Positions 31,851 to 40,413 of a DNA stretch of 64,000 nucleotides are shown piece after piece. The stretch is from the NCBI GenBank assembly GCA_945865605.1, contig CAMBEL010000003.1, positions 3,480-67,479 on the forward strand. Direction: 5' to 3'. The stretch's first letter is position 1, and each line of letters starts with the position of its first letter. The notes below the pieces were generated by a model. That model made no database searches, was not told the DNA's origin, and saw only the letters and a list, made by a program, of their open reading frames with translations. The stretch is from Bifidobacterium breve. GTDB lineage: Bacteria; Actinomycetota; Acidimicrobiia; IMCC26256; JAENVU01. The translations under genes and the position numbers were made by a program.

Positions 31851-32207
31851 CTACCCGGCCTCTCTGATAATCCGTACGACGGCTTCAAGCCGTACATCGT
31901 GAGTGCGCCGTACGCGTGTGCGCCCTGTACCCGTCGCATCGATTACCTCACCTAGCCGAAGCCAATCGCGGCCGACGGCTAAAAGTCGACCGCGCAGAGG
32001 AACGCCGTCTGACGCGACGACCGTCACTACGTCACCTGGCGCGACACGTGTGAGCACATCGGCGAAGCAACTATCCGAGATGCCAGCCGCAATTATTTCA
32101 CGCGCCTCGGTGCGTTGTTCCCAGGCGACCTCGCGCCGAAACTCTTCAGCTATTGCGTCGAACGCATCTAGACCATCGTCCATCCGTAGACCTTCCGCTC
32201 CATCCAT
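31851..32207 (-). CDS. Hypothetical protein, possible Sm-like fold
   Basis: N-terminal helix, then VTVVASDGVPLRGRLLAVGRDWLRL ... VRLEAVVRI. Confidence 0.7.
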   Translation of the reverse strand: MDGAEGLRMDDGLDAFDAIAEEFRREVAWEQRTEAREIIAAGISDSCFADVLTRVAPGDVVTVVASDGVPLRGRLLAVGRDWLRLGEVIDATGTGRTRVRRTHDVRLEAVVRIIREAG

Positions 32208-32255
32208 GGAACCGAGAAACAGGACGGTACCAGTACCGGATCCTTCCGTCTAGAG

Positions 32256-32303
32256 GTTGTGTCAAAAGTCTTCCCTTGACATACAACAATGTCTATGTAA
32301 GGG
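32256..32303. promoter_or_regulatory. AT-rich palindromic element between divergent genes
   Basis: TGTCAA-N10-TTGACA and GACAT-N6-ATGTC; shares CAACANTGTC with the 31571 site. Confidence 0.5.
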
Positions 32304-32335
32304 TACGCAACGAATCAGAAGGCAACACGACCTTA

Positions 32336-33073
32336 ATGGACGCCATATTCACCAGGGAGCCACGGATGGTTCTAGACCCGCTCGAAGGAACGCTGCGGCA
32401 TCTGGTGGCGTTCGGTGCCATCGCCTTGGGCGGTGCAGCATTCGCGGTCCTCGGTCTCGCACTAGTGGCCGAGTCGCTGCACCGCCTTCGGCGCGCACCG
32501 AGATCGTCGCGTTTTATCCATCGGTTTATTCCCACAAATGCGCGTTGGATAGCCGCTGCAATCATCTCCGTTGGCGTCGTTTCGGTACCACGTTCAGTTG
32601 GAGCATCCGAGACAGTGCGCGACTGGTTGCGTTCCGGCACATCCACAACAACTAACGCGGGATCGACAACCACGACCTCAACTTCGCTGCCAGCGAAAAC
32701 CTCGACTACGACGTTGGCCTCGACCAGCACCTCGACCAGCACCTCGACCAGCACCTCGACCACGGCGCGACCGGGTACCGAAGTCTTGGTAATCGAATTA
32801 CCGCCGCCGCTTATCGAATTTGCCCCGACGCCTCCACCAGTTGCTTCGTCCCTCGCGTCGAAAGCGCAAGAGGCATTTCCAATTCGAGAGCAGCACGTGG
32901 TTCGGCGTGGCGACTGCCTTTGGTCGATAGCTGCAGCGCGCCTCGGAGCAAACGTGTCTCCTGCGCAGGTCGATGCAGCTTGGCGAAACATCTATGCCAT
33001 AAACCAATCGACGATTGGTAACGACCCCAATCTCATTCTTGTCGGAATGCAACTCGAACTCCCCCCGCTTTAG
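32336..33073 (+). CDS. Membrane-anchored LysM protein with Ser/Thr-rich linker
   Basis: Two hydrophobic segments, S/T linker, HVVRRGDCLWSIAA...IYAIN...PNLILVGMQL. Confidence 0.88.
   Translation: MDAIFTREPRMVLDPLEGTLRHLVAFGAIALGGAAFAVLGLALVAESLHRLRRAPRSSRFIHRFIPTNARWIAAAIISVGVVSVPRSVGASETVRDWLRSGTSTTTNAGSTTTTSTSLPAKTSTTTLASTSTSTSTSTSTSTTARPGTEVLVIELPPPLIEFAPTPPPVASSLASKAQEAFPIREQHVVRRGDCLWSIAAARLGANVSPAQVDAAWRNIYAINQSTIGNDPNLILVGMQLELPPL
32718..32762 (+). repeat. 12-bp tandem repeat (CCTCGACCAGCA x3.75) encoding STST linker
   Basis: Three perfect copies plus CCTCGACCA. Confidence 0.9.
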
Positions 33074-33102
33074 CCAACACACCCACCAATTCAGGAGTCC
33101 CC

Positions 33103-33732
33103 ATGTCTGCACTCGTTATCCATCCTTGGCCTGACCCAATCATCGACACGCTCGGACATGACCCGCGCTCTGAATACGTGGAACGCTTCTGGCTTCCCAC
33201 TCTCGGACCAACGAGCCTCCTATTGATCCGACGCCTTGCAGCTGGTCTCAGTAGCCATCCAGAGGGGATGAGCATTGCAGTCGGCGAACTATCCCAAGCT
33301 CTCGGATTAGGCAACCGCGAAGGCGCTTCGTCACCTCTCTTGCGCAGTTTTGAACGCCTCACGCAATTCGATCTTGCATGCTCAACGGCCCCTGGCAAAT
33401 ACGCCGTGCGGCGCAGCATTCCGCCGGTGAACCTGCGCCACATCAGACGACTTCCAGACGCGCTCCAGTCTGAGCACCGCCTCTGGGCCGAGGCTCAACT
33501 CGCGGAAAAACCTCTCGCAATCGCAAGGCGTCGTGCCCGTCGCATCGCATTCACACTGCTCGAACAGGGCGACGATGCCGATCTCGCCGAACGCGCACTT
33601 CACGACATGGGTTTCCACCCCGCCATCTGTCGCGAGAGTGCTCAATGGGCCTACGAGCGTCACCGCGCTGCGTTGGAAGCAGCACTTGCAGAAGCCTTAA
33701 CCCCAGCGGCGAATACCAACCCTGCCGCTTAG
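33103..33732 (+). CDS. Hypothetical protein, probable winged-helix DNA-binding domain
   Basis: PWPDPIIDTLGHDPRSEYVERFWLPTLGPTSLLLIRRL ... ELSQALGLG ... RSFERLTQF; CAGGAG RBS. Confidence 0.75.
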   Translation: MSALVIHPWPDPIIDTLGHDPRSEYVERFWLPTLGPTSLLLIRRLAAGLSSHPEGMSIAVGELSQALGLGNREGASSPLLRSFERLTQFDLACSTAPGKYAVRRSIPPVNLRHIRRLPDALQSEHRLWAEAQLAEKPLAIARRRARRIAFTLLEQGDDADLAERALHDMGFHPAICRESAQWAYERHRAALEAALAEALTPAANTNPAA

Positions 33733-33742
33733 ATCCGGACTT

Positions 33743-33785
33743 CGATGGCGCGTCGGGCCCTCCCCCGCCGTCCGGCGCGTCATCG
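33743..33785 (+). terminator. Long hairpin, probable terminator
   Basis: CGATGGCGCGTCGGGC-N11-GTCCGGCGCGTCATCG, ~16 bp including G-U pairs on the plus strand. Confidence 0.65.
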
Positions 33786-33828
33786 TTGTCCGACCCTCTG
33801 GCCTTGGGAGCCAATTACCCTCGGGATC

Positions 33829-34590
33829 ATGACCGAGGGCGCAAGTCTCGACACGATCGCTACCTGGCTTCGCGACGCGCAAGCGATTGTGGTCCTCACT
33901 GGCGCAGGCATCTCAACCGAATCGGGTATCCCTGACTTCCGCGGTCCAAATGGCGTTTGGACGAAGAACCCTGCGGCCGAAAAAACCGCCAACCTCGCGT
34001 TTTACATCGCCGATCCCGAGATTCGCAAGATGGCGTGGCAGAACCGTCTGAAGAGTGAAATTTGGCAAGCGCAACCCAACGCAGGGCACCTTGCCGTCGT
34101 GGAACTTGAACACAAGACCAATGTGCACACACTGATAACACAAAACATCGATGGGCTTCACCTAGCGGCCGGCTCATCGGAAGACTCCCTAATAGAGATC
34201 CACGGCACCGTGCACGGCGTCAAGTGTTTGCAATGTGAGTGGCGCGGCCCAATGACCGAAACGCTCGAGCGCGTCACGGCCGGGGAAGCAGACCCAGAGT
34301 GTTTGCAATGTTCAGGAATTCTTAAGTCGGCAACGATCAGCTTCGGAGAGAACCTCGTCGCAAAAGATTTGGAACGCGCACAGCAAGCCGCAGCGGAGTG
34401 CGACGTGTTCCTTGCATTGGGAACTTCACTAGGAGTGTTCCCGGCCGCGGCACTGCCGGAGATTGCGTTGTCGCAAGGCGCTCGCTTGGTGATCGCCAAT
34501 GGTGAGCCGACACCTTTCGACCCGTATTCGGATGCCGTGCAGCGCCGGTCACTTGGAGAACTTCTACCTGCACTCGTCGCGCTGATCTAG
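33829..34590 (+). CDS. cobB: Sir2-family NAD-dependent protein deacylase
   Basis: GAGISTESGIPDFRG, TQNIDGLH, HG, CxxC/CxxC, GTSLGVFPAA. Confidence 0.93.
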   Translation: MTEGASLDTIATWLRDAQAIVVLTGAGISTESGIPDFRGPNGVWTKNPAAEKTANLAFYIADPEIRKMAWQNRLKSEIWQAQPNAGHLAVVELEHKTNVHTLITQNIDGLHLAAGSSEDSLIEIHGTVHGVKCLQCEWRGPMTETLERVTAGEADPECLQCSGILKSATISFGENLVAKDLERAQQAAAECDVFLALGTSLGVFPAAALPEIALSQGARLVIANGEPTPFDPYSDAVQRRSLGELLPALVALI

Positions 34591-34627
34591 AAAAGCCGCC
34601 CGTCTCGTGCGGTCTGCGCAGGCCGTA

Positions 34628-34671
34628 AACGGTTCAACCGTTGGGGATAACTGACCTTTGAGGTAGGATTT
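34628..34671. promoter_or_regulatory. Two candidate operators upstream of moeB
   Basis: AACGGTT-C-AACCGTT (34628-34642) and Rrf2-like ATAACTGACC-TTTGA-GGTAGGATTT (34647-34671). Confidence 0.4.
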
Positions 34672-34700
34672 AGGTTCCGCGCACATCTACAGGAGCCTCA

Positions 34701-35885
34701 ATGGCCACCTTCCGGGAGCTACTCGCCCGCACGAAATCGAACATTTCAGAAGTCACGCCCGAAGCCGCCGAGGCTCGACTCGGATCGGCGACGTTCCTCG
34801 ATGTCCGTGAGCAAGACGAAAACGATGCTGGCACCCTCCCCGGCGCTGTCTTCATTCCACGCGGGCACCTTGAGAGCCAGGTCGAGTCCAAGATCTCAGA
34901 CCACGACGGCGAGTTGATCGTGTATTGCGCCGGTGGCGTGCGATCTGCGTTCGCCGTCGAGACGTTGATCTCTATGGGTTACACGAACGTAACTTCCATG
35001 GCGGGAGGCTTCGGGCAATGGAAGAACGAAGGTCGGCCATGGATCACCCCTGCTGCCCTCAACGCCGAACAGCGAGACCGATACAAGCGTCACATTCTCC
35101 TTCCCGAAATCGGCGAGGTGGGACAACAGAAATTGCTCGAGTCCAAAGTGCTACTTCTTGGAGCCGGTGGTCTCGGGTCACCTGCTGCTCTCTACTTGGC
35201 CGCCGCCGGAGTAGGAACTCTTGGAATCGTCGACATGGACATCGTCGATGCTTCAAACTTGCAACGACAGATCCTTCACAACATCGATCGTGTCGGTGAG
35301 CGCAAGGTAGACAGCGCGAAGAAGACGCTCACTCAACTGAATCCAGATGTGAACGTCATTACCTACGACGTTCGCTTCTCCGCTGAAAATGTTCTCGACA
35401 TCATCGACGGCTACGACGTCGTCGTTGACGGAACCGACAACTTCCCAACTCGTTATCTTCTAAACGACGGATCTCTCATCAAGCAGATACCGGTTGTGCA
35501 CGGCTCTATCTTCCGCTTTGAAGGACAGGTAACCGTCTTCGATCCCTATAAGGGACCTTGCTATCGCTGTCTGCTGCCGGAGCCACCGCCGCCCGAACTC
35601 GCACCTAGTTGCGCCGAGGCCGGCGTTCTTGGTGTTCTACCTGGAATAGTCGGATCCATCCAGGCGTTGGAGACCATCAAGTTGCTACTCGACCTCGGAG
35701 ACTCGCTCAACGGACGGCTCCTTGCCTACGACGCGCTTGAACAATCGTTTCGCACCTTCAAAGTACGCCGGGACCCGAACTGCCCATCGTGTGGCGACAA
35801 TGTCGGTGAGATCGTGATTGCCGAATACGACCAGCACTGCCTCCCGCACGCCGTTCTCAAGTCTGGCAAAAACTCCACTCACTAG
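34701..35885 (+). CDS. moeB: MoeB/ThiF adenylyltransferase with N-terminal rhodanese domain
   Basis: LDVRE...YCAGGVRS rhodanese; RYKRH, GAGGLGSP, SNLQRQ, PCYRC, SCAEAGVLG. Confidence 0.92.
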   Translation: MATFRELLARTKSNISEVTPEAAEARLGSATFLDVREQDENDAGTLPGAVFIPRGHLESQVESKISDHDGELIVYCAGGVRSAFAVETLISMGYTNVTSMAGGFGQWKNEGRPWITPAALNAEQRDRYKRHILLPEIGEVGQQKLLESKVLLLGAGGLGSPAALYLAAAGVGTLGIVDMDIVDASNLQRQILHNIDRVGERKVDSAKKTLTQLNPDVNVITYDVRFSAENVLDIIDGYDVVVDGTDNFPTRYLLNDGSLIKQIPVVHGSIFRFEGQVTVFDPYKGPCYRCLLPEPPPPELAPSCAEAGVLGVLPGIVGSIQALETIKLLLDLGDSLNGRLLAYDALEQSFRTFKVRRDPNCPSCGDNVGEIVIAEYDQHCLPHAVLKSGKNSTH

Positions 35886-36011
35886 TTAGACGGCATTTTC
35901 GGGTCGGAGTCCTGGCGCCCTATGCGGGTATACACGATTTCGTTATTGAGTACCGGTATCGTTCTGACTTCCTTGGGGGATGCGGGCGGCGCGTCGATAG
36001 GAGGCGTCGGT

Positions 36012-36656
36012 ATGGGTACACGACGAGAACGCCGTATAAAGAGATCTGCCAAGATCCGCCTCGGCGCATCCCTCGGTTTCGCTCTCTTCGTTTTATTCGC
36101 AACGGTTGCGGTGGCATCGCTCGGTGGCACAAGCGACGAAGCTTCCGCTGACACCGAGTCAACTCTGGCGCAGCCAACAAGTAGTTCATCAACCTCGACC
36201 ACAAGTTCGACTACGACTACCACGAGACCCGCGGTAAACGCCGCGCTAGCTTTCGTTCCCACCAACTCGGGAACTGGACGACGAATCATCTATTGCAACT
36301 CGTGCCAACGGTTGTGGATCATGGAAGACGACACGTACGCATCGGCGTCGTATCAAGTTTCAGGACGACGCGGAACACCGGATCCAGGCACCTACGCCGT
36401 GGTCCGAAAACTCGACATGGGATATTCGAAGCGCGACCCAAGCCTTCGTCTCCCGTGGTTCGTCGGCTTCACGATGGGTCGCACCACCGATATCGGTTTC
36501 CACGGCATACCCCTGCGTCCCAATGGAGAACCGATACAGAGCGACGCTCAACTAGGCGAGCCACTCAGTGCAGGGTGCATACGCCAGAACCAAGCGAATG
36601 CGAAGGCGCTCTACGACTGGGCACCGGTGGGCACAACGGTCGTAGTTACGCCATAG
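36012..36656 (+). CDS. L,D-transpeptidase (YkuD domain), membrane anchored
   Basis: IGFHG...SAGCIR catalytic motif; TM + Thr-rich linker; start uncertain. Confidence 0.88.
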   Translation: MGTRRERRIKRSAKIRLGASLGFALFVLFATVAVASLGGTSDEASADTESTLAQPTSSSSTSTTSSTTTTTRPAVNAALAFVPTNSGTGRRIIYCNSCQRLWIMEDDTYASASYQVSGRRGTPDPGTYAVVRKLDMGYSKRDPSLRLPWFVGFTMGRTTDIGFHGIPLRPNGEPIQSDAQLGEPLSAGCIRQNQANAKALYDWAPVGTTVVVTP

Positions 36657-36679
36657 CCGTCAACGTCATCGAGCAGTCG

Positions 36680-38260
36680 TTACCCCGCGGTAAACCGCTT
36701 ACCCGGTAATTCGATCGCGTCAACATCGATTGCGATCACAATTCCAACCGCTGGCCGCACTCTCGCCCTTAGAGGCCGACGCATCCCCGGCAACTTGGGT
36801 GGCTTTGGAGTCTTGGCCTTGCGGTAATCCACAGAGGGCGGCTTGTCCTCGAGGAATGGACCAGCCGGAATCTCCTCAACCGATGGTTCTGCTTGGTTGG
36901 GGCATGGACGAACTACCTCGATGTTTGGCGGGCTCGAGGTTGCGAACGTGTTGCCAGCAAAACAATTGCCGGTTCCACCGAGAATCCCTAGGTCGGCCAT
37001 ACCAGAGTCGCTCACGACATTGTCCCTGATGACATTGTCTGACGACAACCAGAAAGTCTTGTCTGGGTTCGGAAGTGCTCCAATGCCGACGAACTTGTGG
37101 TTGTACACGCGGTTCTTCGTCACCAAATTGCTATTGCCACCCGCGATCAATATTCCGTTGTAGGAACCGAGCAGCGCAGCATCAATCGCTGGTGTCCCCT
37201 CATTGTTGTTGTCGAAAACCAAGTTGCCCGCCACAACGGCATCATGTTGGGGCGGGAGCAACTCACCATCACCGCTGTTAGGAACAATCCCCGCGCGGTT
37301 CTTGGTCCATACCGATTCGATCACGTACAGATTGCCACTCGCATTCGTGCCCGAATACCCAAGCCCGTTCCATTCCGCATACACATCGCGGATGACTGCA
37401 TTGCACGGATCGCACTGGCCGATGTAATACCCCGCGTCTGGAGATCCGGAGGCGTAACTATGTTCGATGATCCCATCGGTGGAATCGAATGCATAAACGC
37501 CGTAGTCACCAGTCCGCGTCGCCGTCAGATAAGAGCCGCGATAACCGGTAGATCCCGTCCAGAAAAACCCATTGCGCGTGAACTTGCGCGCCGTCATGTT
37601 TTCGATCGCTACGCCATCCGCTTCGAGCACTTTTATGCCATTGTCGAGTTTGTAGCCTCCGTCGAGAATCACGCGGTTGCGATCGAGACCGCGCAGCACG
37701 ATTCGATCGGTCGTCACCGTGACGGCTTCTTTGTATACACCCGGTTCAATTAGGACCATGTCCCCCGGCGCCGCGCGATCGACAGCCTGCTGAATGCGCT
37801 GTCCAGGCGCGACCCTCAGCCTCCGAGACTTACCGTCAGCGCGCGGTTTGGGGGCTCGGTTTTTCACGGCCTCTGGCAATGTTCCGTCTGCATTTTTTAC
37901 AAGCACAGTTCCGTACATACCGCGCTTCGGCGCACCGTGGAACGAGCAGTAGTACCCATGCACGCCAGGCTCTGTGAACTTTTGCTCGAAGGACTTACCT
38001 GGCTTCACGGAACCGCTCTTCCATCGTGCCGACTTCTTATCCGGCAAAATGTTGTGTTCGGTCCTGCCATCATTCGGCCAAACAACAACGGTGTCTGGAT
38101 TCACGGTGACAGTCTGTGGAAGATAGAGGTTGTCCAACATGGGCACCTGCACTTCTTCGTACTCTGCAGTTGGTCGAGGAGCCGCGTTAGCTGCCGGAAC
38201 CGCCCAGACGGCTGTGCCTACCATCGCGGCGAGCACCGCGCTAATCCAAGGAACCTTCAT
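36680..38260 (-). CDS. Secreted cupredoxin + right-handed beta-helix protein
   Basis: Signal peptide ending AANA; H(NI)...C-SF-H-x6-M type-1 Cu ligands; IQQAVDRAAPGD...PGVY then NosD/pectin-lyase-like repeats. Confidence 0.85.
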   Translation of the reverse strand: MKVPWISAVLAAMVGTAVWAVPAANAAPRPTAEYEEVQVPMLDNLYLPQTVTVNPDTVVVWPNDGRTEHNILPDKKSARWKSGSVKPGKSFEQKFTEPGVHGYYCSFHGAPKRGMYGTVLVKNADGTLPEAVKNRAPKPRADGKSRRLRVAPGQRIQQAVDRAAPGDMVLIEPGVYKEAVTVTTDRIVLRGLDRNRVILDGGYKLDNGIKVLEADGVAIENMTARKFTRNGFFWTGSTGYRGSYLTATRTGDYGVYAFDSTDGIIEHSYASGSPDAGYYIGQCDPCNAVIRDVYAEWNGLGYSGTNASGNLYVIESVWTKNRAGIVPNSGDGELLPPQHDAVVAGNLVFDNNNEGTPAIDAALLGSYNGILIAGGNSNLVTKNRVYNHKFVGIGALPNPDKTFWLSSDNVIRDNVVSDSGMADLGILGGTGNCFAGNTFATSSPPNIEVVRPCPNQAEPSVEEIPAGPFLEDKPPSVDYRKAKTPKPPKLPGMRRPLRARVRPAVGIVIAIDVDAIELPGKRFTAG

Positions 38261-38320
38261 TGTTCCCCCCGGTCTCCCTAACTACGCGTCTCACCCTAAG
38301 CGGCGTTTGATCTGGCCACG

Positions 38321-39814
38321 CTACTTACGATTAGGTCGGCGAAACCGAGAAGCAAGTTCAACGAGAGTTCGAACCCCGAACCCGCTCGCACCGGGGCAGT
38401 TGTACCCATCCTCCGACGATGTTCTCGATGGCCCCGCTATATCTAGGTGTACCCATGGAATACCGTCTACAAACTCTTCCAAGAAGAGGCCAGCAGTGAT
38501 CTCTCCTCCGTAGCGGGAAGTGCTCGTGTTGCGGATATCGGCAATCTCGGAGTAAATGAGTTTCTTGTATTCCTTGGGTAACGGCAATGGCCAAACGGGC
38601 TCCCCAACCGCGTCTGCGGCTGTTCTCACTTGTTCACCCCAGGAATTATCGTTGGTCATCAGGCCCGCGATCTTGTCGCCGAGCGCGACCATGCAGGCCC
38701 CGGTAAGCGTCGCGAGGTCGATGATCGCATCGGGTTTCGCCTCGGCCGCTAGAGCGAGAGCGTCGGCGAGAATCAACCGACCTTCCGCATCGGTGTTGCG
38801 CACCTCTGCGGTCTTGCCATTTCGAAACGTGAGCACATCGCCCGGCCGCATCGCAGAACCACTCGGCATGTTCTCCACCATTGGCGTAAATGCGATGACC
38901 TTTGTTTTCACGCCAAAGTCCTTCAATACCGACATAGCTGCGATCACGGCAGCGGCACCCGCCTCGTCGGTCTTCATCTCCTCCATCCCATCAGCAGGCT
39001 TCAGGGACAACCCACCCGAATCAAAGGTCACCCCCTTGCCAACGAGTGCGAGCGTCGCGTTCGATTTCGCTGGCGCGTACGTCATCTTCACGAGGCACGG
39101 TGGTTGCTCCGAGCCCATCCCGACACCAATGATTCCACCCAAGCGTTCTCGCTTTAGCCCTGGTACATCGAGCACTTCTACCTTTACGTTCTTGCCGCGC
39201 AAAAGACGTTGTGCAGCTCTTGCAAACGCTGCTGGAGATAGATCGCGACCTGGAGTGTTGACGATGTCGCGCGCCCAAATAACGGCGGTTCCTACAGAAA
39301 TTCCCCGATCCATTCCACGCCGCAGAGCAGCAGACCGGCCGAGCAAACTCACGCGCTTCAGCTTCGAAGGCTTCGGGTCAGACTTGTAATCAAGGTATTC
39401 ATAACGACCGAGCAGAACACCCTCGACGACGGCCTGCGACGCCTCAGCGACGTCCAGATCTGTAGGTCCGGCACTCGCGAGAGTGGTTGACATGGAGACC
39501 GCCTCGTGCGCGGCCTTGGCCGCTACCGCGCCCGCCCTGCGGAGTCCATCGGCCGTCACTTCTTCGCGTTTTCCCAACCCGATCAGCACAATCGACGATG
39601 CACCCAGGGCATCACTGGTAGGGACAACCAGTTTCTCCCCTACCTTGCCGCCGAACACCGCCTGTTCCATGAACGCTGAGAGCCCCCCGTCCAAAGCCAC
39701 GTCTACCGCGTCTGCCCCTGGTCCGAAGATGTGATCCGAATACATGGGAATTACAAGCAGATCGGTTTTCACCTGGGCTGGCGAAGCGGTCGATATAACG
39801 AAATTAACTGGCAC
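38321..39814 (-). CDS. pepA: Leucyl aminopeptidase (M17)
   Basis: VGKGVTFDSGG, MKTD, NTDAEGRL, ATLTGA, HLDIAG. Confidence 0.96.
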   Translation of the reverse strand: MPVNFVISTASPAQVKTDLLVIPMYSDHIFGPGADAVDVALDGGLSAFMEQAVFGGKVGEKLVVPTSDALGASSIVLIGLGKREEVTADGLRRAGAVAAKAAHEAVSMSTTLASAGPTDLDVAEASQAVVEGVLLGRYEYLDYKSDPKPSKLKRVSLLGRSAALRRGMDRGISVGTAVIWARDIVNTPGRDLSPAAFARAAQRLLRGKNVKVEVLDVPGLKRERLGGIIGVGMGSEQPPCLVKMTYAPAKSNATLALVGKGVTFDSGGLSLKPADGMEEMKTDEAGAAAVIAAMSVLKDFGVKTKVIAFTPMVENMPSGSAMRPGDVLTFRNGKTAEVRNTDAEGRLILADALALAAEAKPDAIIDLATLTGACMVALGDKIAGLMTNDNSWGEQVRTAADAVGEPVWPLPLPKEYKKLIYSEIADIRNTSTSRYGGEITAGLFLEEFVDGIPWVHLDIAGPSRTSSEDGYNCPGASGFGVRTLVELASRFRRPNRK

Positions 39815-39834
39815 CTAGTCCTCCTGAGTTTTAG

Positions 39835-40389
39835 TCAGTCACGATTACGCGCTGCTCTGAATGTTCCCTCTTGCCAACGCGCGAGCGTCCAGCACAAGTC
39901 GGCTAGCCGATTGAGGTACGAAATAACTTTGCTATCCGACTCCAACCACCCATCGGCTGCAGCAGTTACACACTCTCGCTCTGCGCGGCGGACCACCGTC
40001 CTTGCAACGTCAAGAGCGGCTGACACCCGGTTCTCCCCAGGCAATACGAACTCTGTCGGAGGTTCGAAGTGTTCTGTTGCGGCGTCAATCAAAGGCTCGA
40101 GTGCCTCGACCATTCCAGCGGTCACGCGGGTCACTTCGTCGGTAAGTTTGTGTCGATTCTCCGGTGCCGTCGCAAGTTCTGCACCAACGACGAACAGTTC
40201 CCGTTGAAGGCGGACGAGCAACTCAAAGATTTCCTGACCAACTTCAGTCTCGGCTCGAGCGACGCCGAGTGCGGCGACGGCCTCATCGGTGACTCCATAT
40301 GCGGATGGCCCCTGAGCGTCCTTCGGAACACGACCCCCAAAGAGCAATCCCGTGGTCCCATCGTCACCGGTGCGCGTGTAAACCTTCAT
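39835..40389 (-). CDS. pduO: ATP:cob(I)alamin adenosyltransferase (PduO type)
   Basis: KVYTRTGDDGTT, FVLPG, ARTVVRRAER, YLNRLAD. Confidence 0.93.
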   Translation of the reverse strand: MKVYTRTGDDGTTGLLFGGRVPKDAQGPSAYGVTDEAVAALGVARAETEVGQEIFELLVRLQRELFVVGAELATAPENRHKLTDEVTRVTAGMVEALEPLIDAATEHFEPPTEFVLPGENRVSAALDVARTVVRRAERECVTAAADGWLESDSKVISYLNRLADLCWTLARWQEGTFRAARNRD

Positions 40390-40413
40390 CTCTTTATGAG
40401 TCTATGGCGCGGC

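Noticed and set aside
32718-32762. Repeat array as CRISPR
   Set aside because: 12-bp tandem units with no spacers, in frame within a coding linker; no cas genes.
31568-33732. Excisionase-like and Rep-like genes as an integrated element or prophage
   Set aside because: No integrase, relaxase, att repeats, tRNA target or obvious compositional shift; flanks are housekeeping genes.
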